Shown here: positions 27,267 through 35,512 of the stretch, in pieces | Numbering within the stretch: position 1 is the first letter of the stretch | How the letters are laid out: each line of letters starts with the position of its first letter | Assembly (NCBI GenBank): GCA_038231155.1 | Contig: JBBRLY010000012.1 | Location: 64,645 to 128,644 of the forward strand | Reading direction: 5' to 3' | Source of the DNA: Candidatus Saccharimonadales bacterium | Lineage (GTDB): Bacteria; Patescibacteriota; Saccharimonadia; Saccharimonadales; JANWIN01 | Length of the DNA stretch: 64,000 nucleotides | Position numbers and translations under genes: made by a program | The notes under the pieces: generated by a model | What the model saw: the letters and a program-made list of their open reading frames with translations, nothing else | The model's database searches: none | Told to the model about the DNA's origin: nothing

Positions 27267-27362
27267 ATTTACTCACTGTATTTTCACTGTAATGTGTCAG
27301 TAGTTGAAAGTACACTTTCACTCTAGAAAATAAGGTGTAAAAATGCTATTGTTCCATTAAGC

Positions 27363-27707
27363 ATGGACCTTGCAATATACTTCAAAAACAAGAGCCTAAA
27401 AAAAATTCCAAAAGTTGGGATTCATTTCGAGCAAAAGACTGCACATAAGGCATTAAGAACAATCGCAAGTGAGTTTCACAGGCTATTCGAACCAGACGGA
27501 ACACCATTAAGAATCGAAATATCTACAATCAAGCCAAGACAGGTATTAGTAGTAGGTAATCTAAAGGAGCTTATGAAAGGTGAAGATATAAATCTTGAGA
27601 AGTCATTGAGTTTCGAGCTCTATCGTAAATCTTTGAACGACGTAGAGATAATAACCTTTGATGAACTATATGAACGTGCGAAGTTTATTGTCGATGGCAC
27701 AGATTGA
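27363..27707 (+). CDS. hypothetical protein
   Basis: ORF only. Confidence 0.35.
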   Translation: MDLAIYFKNKSLKKIPKVGIHFEQKTAHKALRTIASEFHRLFEPDGTPLRIEISTIKPRQVLVVGNLKELMKGEDINLEKSLSFELYRKSLNDVEIITFDELYERAKFIVDGTD

Positions 27708-27795
27708 TACACTGCACCAAAAAAGATATATAGGCAAAGGTGGGGGTATAGCTTAGTTTTATAGAGTATTTAGACTAAAATTAGATAGGAATAGC

Positions 27796-27826
27796 GTTCT
27801 GACTTCAGTAAGGATGCTGTACCAAG
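27796..27826 (+). repeat. short cassette-junction motif, copy A (GTTCTGACTT..ATGCTGTACCAAG)
   Basis: Aligned by eye with copies at 28345, 29175, 29685 and with the 3' third of the 79-bp repeats. Confidence 0.6.
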
Positions 27827-27863
27827 CAAAACGTTATTAGTACATCAGTGATACTATAAATTT

Positions 27864-28334
27864 ATGAAGAAAAATAAAAAAAGAGGTAGAGTAGTTCGGC
27901 TCATATTAATATTCATTATTATTATTTTCGCAACAGGTTGGTCAGTTTATCAATCAAACCAAAAAAGTAAAGGCAACAACTCTATTAATTCTGCAGCTTT
28001 AATGACATTATCATACAGCGGTGGTAATTGTGCGGGACCTTGTAACAGCCTTGTTTATAATCTCTACGGCGACGGTAGATTCGAGGGTCATAAAAAGCTT
28101 AGTGGTTCTGAAGTGTCTGAGCTAAAGGAGATTATCAAAACCACCGATTTCTTAAATTATACTGCTAGCCCCAATCCACATTGTGAATCATTTGTAGATG
28201 GCTCAGATCAAGTTCTACTTTTCCCTCAAAAATATGGCAATAAAACATTTACAACATGTATGCTAAATATATCAAGCAATGACACAGCTTTCAGCTTTAT
28301 AAATAAATTGATCGAAACACATTCCGGACAATAA
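27864..28334 (+). CDS. membrane-anchored/secreted hypothetical protein (cassette ORF)
   Basis: Basic N-terminus plus LILIFIIIIFATGW helix, Cys-containing ectodomain; flanked by motif copies A and B. Confidence 0.5.
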   Translation: MKKNKKRGRVVRLILIFIIIIFATGWSVYQSNQKSKGNNSINSAALMTLSYSGGNCAGPCNSLVYNLYGDGRFEGHKKLSGSEVSELKEIIKTTDFLNYTASPNPHCESFVDGSDQVLLFPQKYGNKTFTTCMLNISSNDTAFSFINKLIETHSGQ

Positions 28335-28344
28335 GTTAATAAAT

Positions 28345-28376
28345 AAAGTTCTAAACTTGTATACAATGCTGTACCA
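28345..28376 (+). repeat. short cassette-junction motif, copy B
   Basis: AAAGTTCTAAACTTGTATACAATGCTGTACCA, 11 nt after the upstream stop codon. Confidence 0.6.
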
Positions 28377-28390
28377 GTTTACTTATGGGT

Positions 28391-28870
28391 TTAATGGTGC
28401 ACTAAAGCTCTTATCCACGTGCGTGCAATCGGATTTTCAGTTAGATTTATCGGTGAGCGATGACGTTCTCTTCTAAATTTTACTAGCTCACCCGGACTAG
28501 GCCGTTCACGGCCTTGAAACTCGGTTAAAAAACAATTTGCAGTTATATATTTGCTGACACGGTCAGATATATCTCCATCTTTATGCCAGCGTGATGAACC
28601 AGTCCGTTGTGACTCATTTGGTAATATCAATCCATTTTCCACCGCAAATTCTATAAACCTGATATGTCTATTAGCTGTTTCAAGGATTGGGTATAGCATT
28701 GGTTCAATAGCATCCATCACAAGTCGCTGGGTAAAACTATGGTTACCGTCTGGCCACCGCAAGCTGGCACCATTACGAATAATATTTCCTGAGATAGGTA
28801 ACGCTGCTTGTATATCAACAAACATCTGATCAGGAATTTCTGCAATTACTTCAAGGGGCATCACACGCAT
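28391..28870 (-). CDS. hypothetical protein, possible 2OG-Fe(II) oxygenase-like (HxD ... H)
   Basis: RWHKDGD and later HRSP could be a facial-triad pattern; weak. Confidence 0.3.
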   Translation of the reverse strand: MRVMPLEVIAEIPDQMFVDIQAALPISGNIIRNGASLRWPDGNHSFTQRLVMDAIEPMLYPILETANRHIRFIEFAVENGLILPNESQRTGSSRWHKDGDISDRVSKYITANCFLTEFQGRERPSPGELVKFRRERHRSPINLTENPIARTWIRALVHH

Positions 28871-28911
28871 TGTGATACTATATAATTTTTAGTATTTTAT
28901 GCAAAACAGAT

Positions 28912-28990
28912 ATTCAGTCTGTTATCTAATTTGCGCTTAAGTCAGTCTATGAAGTAATTTCATTCTAACTTGGTCTAGTGTGCCGTACCA
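28912..28990 (+). repeat. 79-bp dispersed repeat, copy R1
   Basis: 6 mismatches in 79 nt versus R2; internal hairpin TAAGTCAG-19 nt-CTAACTTG region; ends in GTGCCGTACCA. Confidence 0.85.
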
Positions 28991-29014
28991 TTTTGCTTAT
29001 GCTAAGATGTTTTT

Positions 29015-29176
29015 ATGAAGAAACTGCGAACTAATTTAATTATTATCAGTCTTGTTATTCTGCTACTAGTTTTTGGTTTAATAATTTACCTAAGACCACA
29101 TAAAAAATGTGTTAAATGGTATACCTTGGGAGCCAGGTCAGACGGACCCAGGCAATGCATTAAGTACGCAAACTAA
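29015..29176 (+). CDS. small hydrophobic peptide (53 aa), not in ORF track
   Basis: ATG 24 nt after R1; MKKLRTNLIIISLVILLLVFGLIIYL TM helix then basic Cys-containing tail; no obvious SD. Confidence 0.3.
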   Translation: MKKLRTNLIIISLVILLLVFGLIIYLRPHKKCVKWYTLGARSDGPRQCIKYAN

Positions 29177-29206
29177 AGTTCTAACTTCGTTAATGATGCT
29201 GTACCA
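29175..29206 (+). repeat. short cassette-junction motif, copy D
   Basis: AAAGTTCTAACTTCGTTAATGATGCTGTACCA overlapping the stop of the 53-aa ORF. Confidence 0.6.
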
Positions 29207-29266
29207 CACTTCAAAAATTTATAAGTCTATTAGACAAAAAAACAGTAAACTTTGCCTCTTCAAATT

Positions 29267-29345
29267 ATTCAATCTGTTATCTAACTTGCACTTAAGTTAG
29301 TCTAAGAAGTAATTTCATTCTGACTTGGTCTAGTGTGCCGTACCA
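29267..29345 (+). repeat. 79-bp dispersed repeat, copy R2
   Basis: About 92% identical to R1 and 90% to R3 by hand alignment; shares an extra AAATTATT upstream with R3. Confidence 0.85.
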
Positions 29346-29371
29346 AGCATAAGCATGTTATTATTGTTAAT

Positions 29372-29554
29372 ATGATAAAACAAAAGAATCTCGCCTATAT
29401 AATATTAGCCATTGGTATAGTTCTAGTTATTGTAGGTATCTTTTTCGGATTTTTTAAACATGATAATAGCAACTCTCATGGAACTTCTCTCTTATTTATA
29501 GCTCTTGCACTTCTTTGCTTTGCATTCTACACAAAACAAGTACGTAAGAAATAA
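29372..29554 (+). CDS. small two-TM membrane peptide (60 aa)
   Basis: ATG 26 nt after R2; the track ORF starts earlier (29333, GTG inside the repeat), which is less likely. Confidence 0.35.
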   Translation: MIKQKNLAYIILAIGIVLVIVGIFFGFFKHDNSNSHGTSLLFIALALLCFAFYTKQVRKK

Positions 29555-29684
29555 ATACTGTGTAGTCACTGATATTATTTAAAGATTGATGTATAAAATT
29601 CCATATTTAATACTTTACAATTAGAAATAATATTTTATGAAATGACCATCTATCTCTTATTTACATCCACATAAAGCTATTAGT

Positions 29685-29716
29685 AAAGTCCTAACTTCGT
29701 ACAGAATGCCGTACCA
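29685..29716 (+). repeat. short cassette-junction motif, copy F
   Basis: AAAGTCCTAACTTCGTACAGAATGCCGTACCA. Confidence 0.6.
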
Positions 29717-29726
29717 TATTATATTA

Positions 29727-30062
29727 TTAAGTTTCAACAAATAGATTGCGAAGTGTTGTAAGTACCCTATCTAACTTTTGAGTGTTCAATTCCCCATACA
29801 TTTTGCTAACTATTGATGTTTCAGCTGTGAAAAGTTTATCAGGTCGTACGTAACTTTTAACCGGAAGACTACCTTCGATAAAATCCGGTTTGGTTAGTTC
29901 AATCGCCATAGTACTCGAATATGGCTTTGAAGTAATCTGGCAGAGGATCAAGTTGTCGAAATCGACGATGGCTACGATTAGAGCCGGGCGATATTTCTGA
30001 GCTTTTAAATCTGAAAACGGAAAAGCACTAGTTACAACTTGACCTACCGTAAACTGGCCCAC
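29727..30062 (-). CDS. mazF: MazF/PemK-family endoribonuclease toxin
   Basis: GQVVTSAFPFSDLKAQKYRPALIVA ... CQITSK pattern; overlaps the antitoxin gene by 19 nt. Confidence 0.85.
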   Translation of the reverse strand: MGQFTVGQVVTSAFPFSDLKAQKYRPALIVAIVDFDNLILCQITSKPYSSTMAIELTKPDFIEGSLPVKSYVRPDKLFTAETSIVSKMYGELNTQKLDRVLTTLRNLFVET

Positions 30063-30280
30063 GCTTTATCTTCCTCGGGTCTAAGCCAATCTCTAGCCAG
30101 TAGTCTTTCAGACAAAAGTGCTGTTTCAGAAATTTTCTGTGCAGGTTTACCAGCAGTTATACGAATCTCGCCATTTTTAGCGATAATTGTTACGTCTTTA
30201 CCTAACCCGCTCTCCTTTAATAGTGGCTTAGGTATGCGCACTCCTTTAGAGTTTCCAATACTGATAATAGTTGTATTCAT
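30044..30280 (-). CDS. mazE: MazE/AbrB-family antitoxin
   Basis: IISIGNSKGVRIPKPLLKESGL SpoVT/AbrB swapped-hairpin motif upstream of mazF. Confidence 0.8.
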   Translation of the reverse strand: MNTTIISIGNSKGVRIPKPLLKESGLGKDVTIIAKNGEIRITAGKPAQKISETALLSERLLARDWLRPEEDKAWASLR

Positions 30281-30354
30281 TGTGATAACATTGTAGCTAC
30301 AATTTCAAGAACTGTCAATCGCCAAATAATACCTTATTGCATCTTTGATAAATT

Positions 30355-30433
30355 ATTGAATCTGTTATCTAATTTGCGCTTAAGTCAGTCTAAGAAGTAA
30401 TTTCATTCTGACTTAGTCTAGTGTGTTGTACTA
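30355..30433 (+). repeat. 79-bp dispersed repeat, copy R3 (3' end degenerate: GTGTTGTACTA)
   Basis: 8 mismatches in 79 nt versus R2. Confidence 0.8.
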
Positions 30434-30465
30434 TGCTGTATATACTTTTCCAATATACTGAAATT

Positions 30466-30660
30466 CTATAAATCTTTATAAGCACTTTTTCGGTGTCGGA
30501 CTCTAATAACAAAGATTAATAATTGGTTTTTGTAAATCCTGTAAATAATTCGATAAGTACCTTATCTAATACGATATACATTATTTGAACCTTTAATTTT
30601 ATTAGCCTCATACGGCACAGGGTTTCTGTAAAGACAATTTATATTATTTACAAACTTATC
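30466..30660 (-). pseudogene. RelE/ParE-family toxin remnant (5'-truncated, in-frame stop)
   Basis: Minus-strand frame reads ..LYRNPVPYEANKIKGSNNVYRIR-stop-GTYRIIYRIYKNQLLIFVIRVRHRKSAYKDL-stop, matching the YRIRxGxYRIIY...HRKxxY RelE/ParE signature; no antitoxin gene or N-terminus left. Confidence 0.6.
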
Positions 30661-30668
30661 CCTATTCC

Positions 30669-32129
30669 TTAAGTATGTATTATGACTGGCGTGCCAATTG
30701 GTGCCCAACTATACATCCACTCCCCATCACCCACTTGAATACCAACACAACCGTGCGAACTGTTAATATTGCCAAAATAACTTAATGGCCGCCAATAATT
30801 GCCATGAATAGCATAGTCTTTATAAAAGTAATTTACCCAGGGTACTTTTGGTACAAAGTAGCTACTGCCATCGGTGTTGGATCCATGCATGTCTTGTTGC
30901 ACAAACTTAGAGTAAATGGCGTATTGGCCAGTAACGGTTGGGGTTTTAGGTGCACCAGCAGATATTAGGAAAGTGCGCACCAGGTTACTTTGCTCATAGG
31001 CATACATGCGTTTATTAGTTAAATCGACCTCTATCCATTTGGGGTAATCTTTAGCAGCAACAGTTTTAAAAGAAGCGTATTGAATAGCTAAAGTCTCAGA
31101 TATATTTTTACCTTGCAGCAAACTTTGGGTTACATCTGACGCTATGGCGACTTGATTGGTGATAGCCGTTCCATTAACGCCTGGCACGATAATCTTGGCA
31201 CTACCATCAGATTGTGTGACTTCGACTTGCGCTTTGGGGGGATGGACTTGGTTACTAGTTATTTGATTGATATACGACAGTACTTTACCGCTGTTGACGG
31301 TAATATCAATTTTACGTCCATTATTTACCGTAGATATTTCTACCCAGTTAGCAATATCTGTCGGTGAGGCCGTGACTTTTTTACTTGTAAAATCAAAACT
31401 GATCTTTTGACTTAGGATGTTTTGCAACTGTGTTTGATAAGGTGCTAACTGGGAAGACAAAATTGGCGGTTTGGTGTCTAAAGTCTCCATTTTTAATGGT
31501 TGGCTTTGTAAGCGATTTACCGCTGTTAATATGGTTGAATAGGGGCTAGTTAGCCCATAGTGTTTGCCTGAAACGGCATCAGTCAGTTGAACCTTACCTT
31601 TAACTATCGATAAATTAGCGTCTTTGGCTGGTTGAATAATTTGGGTAGCTTGAGTTGCAATGAATTGATATAAAGTGGAGTTATTCACTTTTAGAACCAA
31701 ATTTGCAGTTATAGGATGCCACCACTGTATACGCTGTGAAAACTGGTGTTGTTGAGTCCTAATATTATTAACTGAAGCAACGGAATCAACCCAAATTCCC
31801 ATGGTACCAGGGCTAAAACTTTTAGTGGAGTTATCTGGATAAGTCAAATGGAGCCGATATTTAGCAACTTGATCTTGAATGATTTGGCCTAAGACCGTAT
31901 CAGATTGGCGAGTAGTTATTATGCTATTGTCTAAACGGACTTTTGACAGAAAGCTAAAGGCTAATATCCACCCTAATGCAATAACTAACAATATCGGCAA
32001 CATAGCTATGTCTAGCCAACGCCTTAACCAATGTCGCTTAATATGGGCTTCGGTTTCTACAACTTCTTTAATATGACCGTGTTCAAGTTCTAGGTCCGTA
32101 TTTATCAAGCGACTGAGCCAGTTTGGCAT
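30669..32129 (-). CDS. L,D-transpeptidase (YkuD domain) with N-terminal TM anchor and long ectodomain
   Basis: C-terminal ...YAIHGN ... SSHGCVGI catalytic His/Cys motif of YkuD; N-terminal helix ILLVIALGWILAFSF. Confidence 0.85.
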   Translation of the reverse strand: MPNWLSRLINTDLELEHGHIKEVVETEAHIKRHWLRRWLDIAMLPILLVIALGWILAFSFLSKVRLDNSIITTRQSDTVLGQIIQDQVAKYRLHLTYPDNSTKSFSPGTMGIWVDSVASVNNIRTQQHQFSQRIQWWHPITANLVLKVNNSTLYQFIATQATQIIQPAKDANLSIVKGKVQLTDAVSGKHYGLTSPYSTILTAVNRLQSQPLKMETLDTKPPILSSQLAPYQTQLQNILSQKISFDFTSKKVTASPTDIANWVEISTVNNGRKIDITVNSGKVLSYINQITSNQVHPPKAQVEVTQSDGSAKIIVPGVNGTAITNQVAIASDVTQSLLQGKNISETLAIQYASFKTVAAKDYPKWIEVDLTNKRMYAYEQSNLVRTFLISAGAPKTPTVTGQYAIYSKFVQQDMHGSNTDGSSYFVPKVPWVNYFYKDYAIHGNYWRPLSYFGNINSSHGCVGIQVGDGEWMYSWAPIGTPVIIHT

Positions 32130-32221
32130 TTTTTAACTACCCTTTAACTTCCCAAATTATTGTATCCAAGTATAATCCAAGAACTGAATATCCATTAGTA
32201 GTTTAACTCAGCTCAATATAT

Positions 32222-32253
32222 AAAGTACTAACCTTGCATATAATGCTGAACGA
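32222..32253 (+). repeat. degenerate copy (H) of the short junction motif
   Basis: AAAGTACTAACCTTGCATATAATGCTGAACGA; matches the 5' block and ATGCTG but not GTACCA. Confidence 0.35.
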
Positions 32254-32339
32254 TTGAAACCTTCCCTATACTGTGATCAATATCATTTAATTATGGCTTG
32301 ATTTTTAGCATTGCTTTTATATAATTAATTGCATGATTT

Positions 32340-32720
32340 TAAGAACATTCCAGTCGCAATTCGTAGTCCGGGGAGCTATATAGCTTCAAATACTAACCTT
32401 AAAAGTTTGTTCGATACTAGTTTCAAGCCTGGCGTCACCTAATAAGTTGCAACGCAGGACTAAGGCCAGTTAAGCGCCCGAGAGGGTATGAATGACCACG
32501 AAATAGTCAAAGGTGGCCAACCAGGGTAGCAATACTGCTAAACGTGCATTCCCAAAACCAATAAAGTGGTTTTGCACGTTCGACTCGTGCTCCTACTGCG
32601 GGGGGGGAATGTGATGATAGGCAAGGTCGTCTCATTTGCTTGACGGCGTAAGTTGATCTGGGGAAACCTGGTGAGACCGCTGCGTGGAATGGCGGTGGGG
32701 TGATAGTCTTATCCGCTAGG
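32340..32720. ncRNA. candidate structured ncRNA of unknown class in a 610-bp gene-free gap
   Basis: G+C-enriched relative to flanks, G8 run, nested hairpin AACGTGC..AAAACCA-ATAAA-TGGTTTT-GCACGTT, stems ACCGC/GCGGT and GTCGTC/GACGGC; no ORF; strand undetermined. Confidence 0.3.
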
Positions 32721-32740
32721 TTAGAATTTAATATCGAGCT

Positions 32741-34105
32741 TTAATTAATAGTTGCACAGGATTGGGGACTTATAGCTGGTCCAGTACCAGGTCCCCCAGC
32801 AACGTTAAACCAGATAGCATGGCAATATTTTTCACCTGATGTGGCAGTAGTTGGGATGGTGAAGGTATCGCTAAAGAAATATACTCCGCCTTTTCCAGTA
32901 CTAGTACTTGTAATATCGGTTTGAACGAATGCCAGCAATGAACCCGAGGCAGAATAATGATATGAATCTACATGAAGTGGGTAACTAGCAGTAATCGGGC
33001 CTAGATTGGCAACATCATGATAAAACCATAAAGGTTGACCAGCATTGGCATTTATATTGGCAGAACGGGGCGCAGTTGATGATCTAACACTTGCAAATCC
33101 GGCAAGTTGCCACCAATGATTTATTGCCATGTAATTCGAGGCTGGAACCGACCAGTAACCGAGGTTATGTTGGACGTTAAAGTTGGCATCACTATAAACT
33201 GTAACTGGACAATTAGTTGTTTTAAAACCATTTGTGCCGGTATTAGTGCCACCGGAATTAGTAGATTTTGTTAAACTTGAAGGTAATATATTGCCATTTG
33301 CAGAGATATTTAAGGCGGCCATTGCGGAATTTTGGAAATTACGGCAACTTGTGTATTTCACATCACCGTTAAGCGTCTGCCACCAATGTGTATCTTCGCC
33401 GAACATAGAAGTATGTCCAGACCAGAGAGTAGAACTTAAGCCGTTTATAGTCGCCGGTACTCTTTGCTCACCAATAAATGTTACCGCACCAGAATTTTCA
33501 TCACTCACCCAAAGCCCCCACCAATTTCCTAAAGAATCATTTACACTTGGGCCGGCTTTCAATTGAAAACGATACTTGTGCCCAGGAGTCCAGGGGTACT
33601 TATACATTATTTGATAGCCACCACTTTCACTATTTGCAGGATTAATTAAACCGCTACTATTACCACCATTGGAACCCCATATACTGAAATTTATTACCTT
33701 ACCCTCAGGTGCTCCATTAAAAATGCCATTTGTTTGAAAACCAGCATAGCCAGTGCCCACGCTACCATTGCTGTTAACCAAACTAAAGTTATAGGCGTAG
33801 TAGTGCAACAATCCGGCTTGAGCCAAGCTGGACGGCGGATCTTGAACGGGTACGAATGTCCATTCTAGGCTTTGATAGCCTGGTCTAGCGGGGAAATACC
33901 AGTCGCTATAGGTCCCACCCGGGCTGAAATATGTTAAGGCCGAAGCAAAAAATAATCTGTAAACCCCGATTGTCATAAATAGCAGTACAAAAACTCCGGC
34001 CAGAACTATTTTTTTATTGTCTAAATCTTTAATCTTTTTTTGGAAACGTGATAGCAGGTCTTTATTACCAGAACTTGCCGATTTTTGTTTAAAGTTTGAA
34101 ATCAT
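32741..34105 (-). CDS. secreted/anchored hypothetical protein
   Basis: 454-aa ORF, N-terminal anchor VLAGVFVLLFMTIGVY, Trp/Gly/Asn-rich beta-type ectodomain; function unknown. Confidence 0.55.
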   Translation of the reverse strand: MISNFKQKSASSGNKDLLSRFQKKIKDLDNKKIVLAGVFVLLFMTIGVYRLFFASALTYFSPGGTYSDWYFPARPGYQSLEWTFVPVQDPPSSLAQAGLLHYYAYNFSLVNSNGSVGTGYAGFQTNGIFNGAPEGKVINFSIWGSNGGNSSGLINPANSESGGYQIMYKYPWTPGHKYRFQLKAGPSVNDSLGNWWGLWVSDENSGAVTFIGEQRVPATINGLSSTLWSGHTSMFGEDTHWWQTLNGDVKYTSCRNFQNSAMAALNISANGNILPSSLTKSTNSGGTNTGTNGFKTTNCPVTVYSDANFNVQHNLGYWSVPASNYMAINHWWQLAGFASVRSSTAPRSANINANAGQPLWFYHDVANLGPITASYPLHVDSYHYSASGSLLAFVQTDITSTSTGKGGVYFFSDTFTIPTTATSGEKYCHAIWFNVAGGPGTGPAISPQSCATIN

Positions 34106-34266
34106 ATTTGTTATGTTTAGTTATCATTATCTTATAGTGAGTCTTAACAGATTGCAAGAAGGTCAACATTTATCTAAGTTGGTTAAACCAGATATATTTC
34201 CTGCGACACATATAAGCATAACTACTATTGATTACTCTGTTAACAACCAGTAACATAAATACTTAG

Positions 34267-34782
34267 ATGCTGACAAAAAAATCAACCGCTAATTTATCAA
34301 AACATGTAGCCATCTTGCGCGTTATTTTCGGATTTATGTGGGGAATCAACGCTGCCTTAAAGTGGCAGCACACCTTCAGAGATGGTTTTTTAGACCAAAT
34401 AAAATCTGCTGCTGATGGGCAACCTAGCTGGCTGCACGGATGGTTTAGTTTTTGGATTCACTTTTTTTCAAACAACCCGCATTTGTTTGCTGCTTTTGTT
34501 GCTTTAGTCGAAACCGCAATTGCACTAGCCTTAATATTTGGTATAGCACGTAGAACTACATATTTATTGGCTGCAGTCTTCAGTTTATTTATCTGGGCAA
34601 TAGCTGAGGGCTTTGGTGGTCCATATAGCGCAACTTCAACCGATATTGGCACGGGTATTATTTATGCTGTAGTTTTCTTCTCAATATATGGGCTAGACAG
34701 ATTAGCATCTCAGAGTTCATGGTCGCTAGATAATTATATAGTCAAGCGATTACCCTGGTGGTCAATTGTTGCAAATCCTTAA
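34267..34782 (+). CDS. DoxX-like integral membrane protein
   Basis: Four hydrophobic helices, size and pattern (ILRVIFGFMW ... ALIFGIARR) like the DoxX family. Confidence 0.45.
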   Translation: MLTKKSTANLSKHVAILRVIFGFMWGINAALKWQHTFRDGFLDQIKSAADGQPSWLHGWFSFWIHFFSNNPHLFAAFVALVETAIALALIFGIARRTTYLLAAVFSLFIWAIAEGFGGPYSATSTDIGTGIIYAVVFFSIYGLDRLASQSSWSLDNYIVKRLPWWSIVANP

Positions 34783-34815
34783 ACTCTCACTTCAGATTGT
34801 GACAACATAGGGAAG

Positions 34816-35430
34816 ATGCAAACTTCAAAAAATAATAAAACTCTATACCTTAAGCAAAAGTTGCCATACATATTCTTAATAGCTGGGATTATTGGTTGTA
34901 TTGCTTCTTTTGCTTTAACTTACGATAAAATACAGATTCTTAAAAATCCAGCATATATTCCGGCATGTAATATCAATCCAATATTAAGCTGTGGTTCAGT
35001 TATGAAAACCGCGCAAGCCAGCATATTCGGTGTACCAAACACAATATTTGGATTAATGGCCTTTACTGCCTTAAGCGTATTGGGACTCGGTCTTTTAGCT
35101 GGTGCCTCATTTCGTAAATGGTTGTGGCAGGCTATAAACATCGGGGCATTGGTAGGTTTTGCTTTTTTCATTTATCTTTTTTTCGAAGCAGTTTTTCGTA
35201 TTAAAGCCATATGTCCTTACTGCTTTGTTGTCTGGATGATTGTGCCACCGGTTTTTTGGTATACCAGTCTATATAACATAGGCGAAGGAAACATCAAACT
35301 AAATTTCATATCTGTAAAAGCTAAGACTTGGTTGCAACGACATCACGGGGATATTCTTTTGCTTTGGTATCTTTTTGTATTCATACTCTTATTAACTCGC
35401 TTTTGGTATTACTGGAAAACTGTTATTTAA
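34816..35430 (+). CDS. vitamin K epoxide reductase (VKOR) family protein
   Basis: Loop cysteines CNINPILSCGSV and active-site CPYC inside a TM helix, 4-5 TM topology. Confidence 0.8.
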   Translation: MQTSKNNKTLYLKQKLPYIFLIAGIIGCIASFALTYDKIQILKNPAYIPACNINPILSCGSVMKTAQASIFGVPNTIFGLMAFTALSVLGLGLLAGASFRKWLWQAINIGALVGFAFFIYLFFEAVFRIKAICPYCFVVWMIVPPVFWYTSLYNIGEGNIKLNFISVKAKTWLQRHHGDILLLWYLFVFILLLTRFWYYWKTVI

Positions 35431-35512
35431 TATCCAAGTAGTTAGATCTTAGCTTGCTTAAGTGAGCTATAACAGATGTATACTAAAAGAAGTTAACTTA
35501 TCAGGAGGAATT

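Larger units (their letters stand above)
21135..30433. mobile_element. putative integrative element inserted at tRNA-Arg (serine recombinase, replication-type ATPase, regulators, cassette array with TA genes); right boundary uncertain
   Basis: Recombinase gene abuts and overlaps the tRNA 3' end; cargo is dominated by orphan ORFs, XRE regulators and TA modules; last long repeat copy ends at ~30433. Confidence 0.5.

Noticed and set aside
28396-28403. GTGCACCA (minus strand) as the displaced original 3' end of tRNA-Arg (attR)
   Set aside because: It is only 8 nt, on the opposite strand, and inside a coding region. This is most likely chance.
29109-29300. Track ORF 29109-29300 (63 aa)
   Set aside because: It runs across the junction motif D and into repeat R2. 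The other-frame 53-aa TM peptide (29015-29176) fits the repeat-ORF-repeat pattern better, though that ORF is itself low confidence.
28905-30433. Possibility that the 79-bp repeats form a CRISPR array
   Set aside because: There are only three copies, and the spacing is irregular (about 280 and 1010 bp). The intervals contain ORFs, the repeats are far longer than CRISPR repeats, and there are no cas genes.
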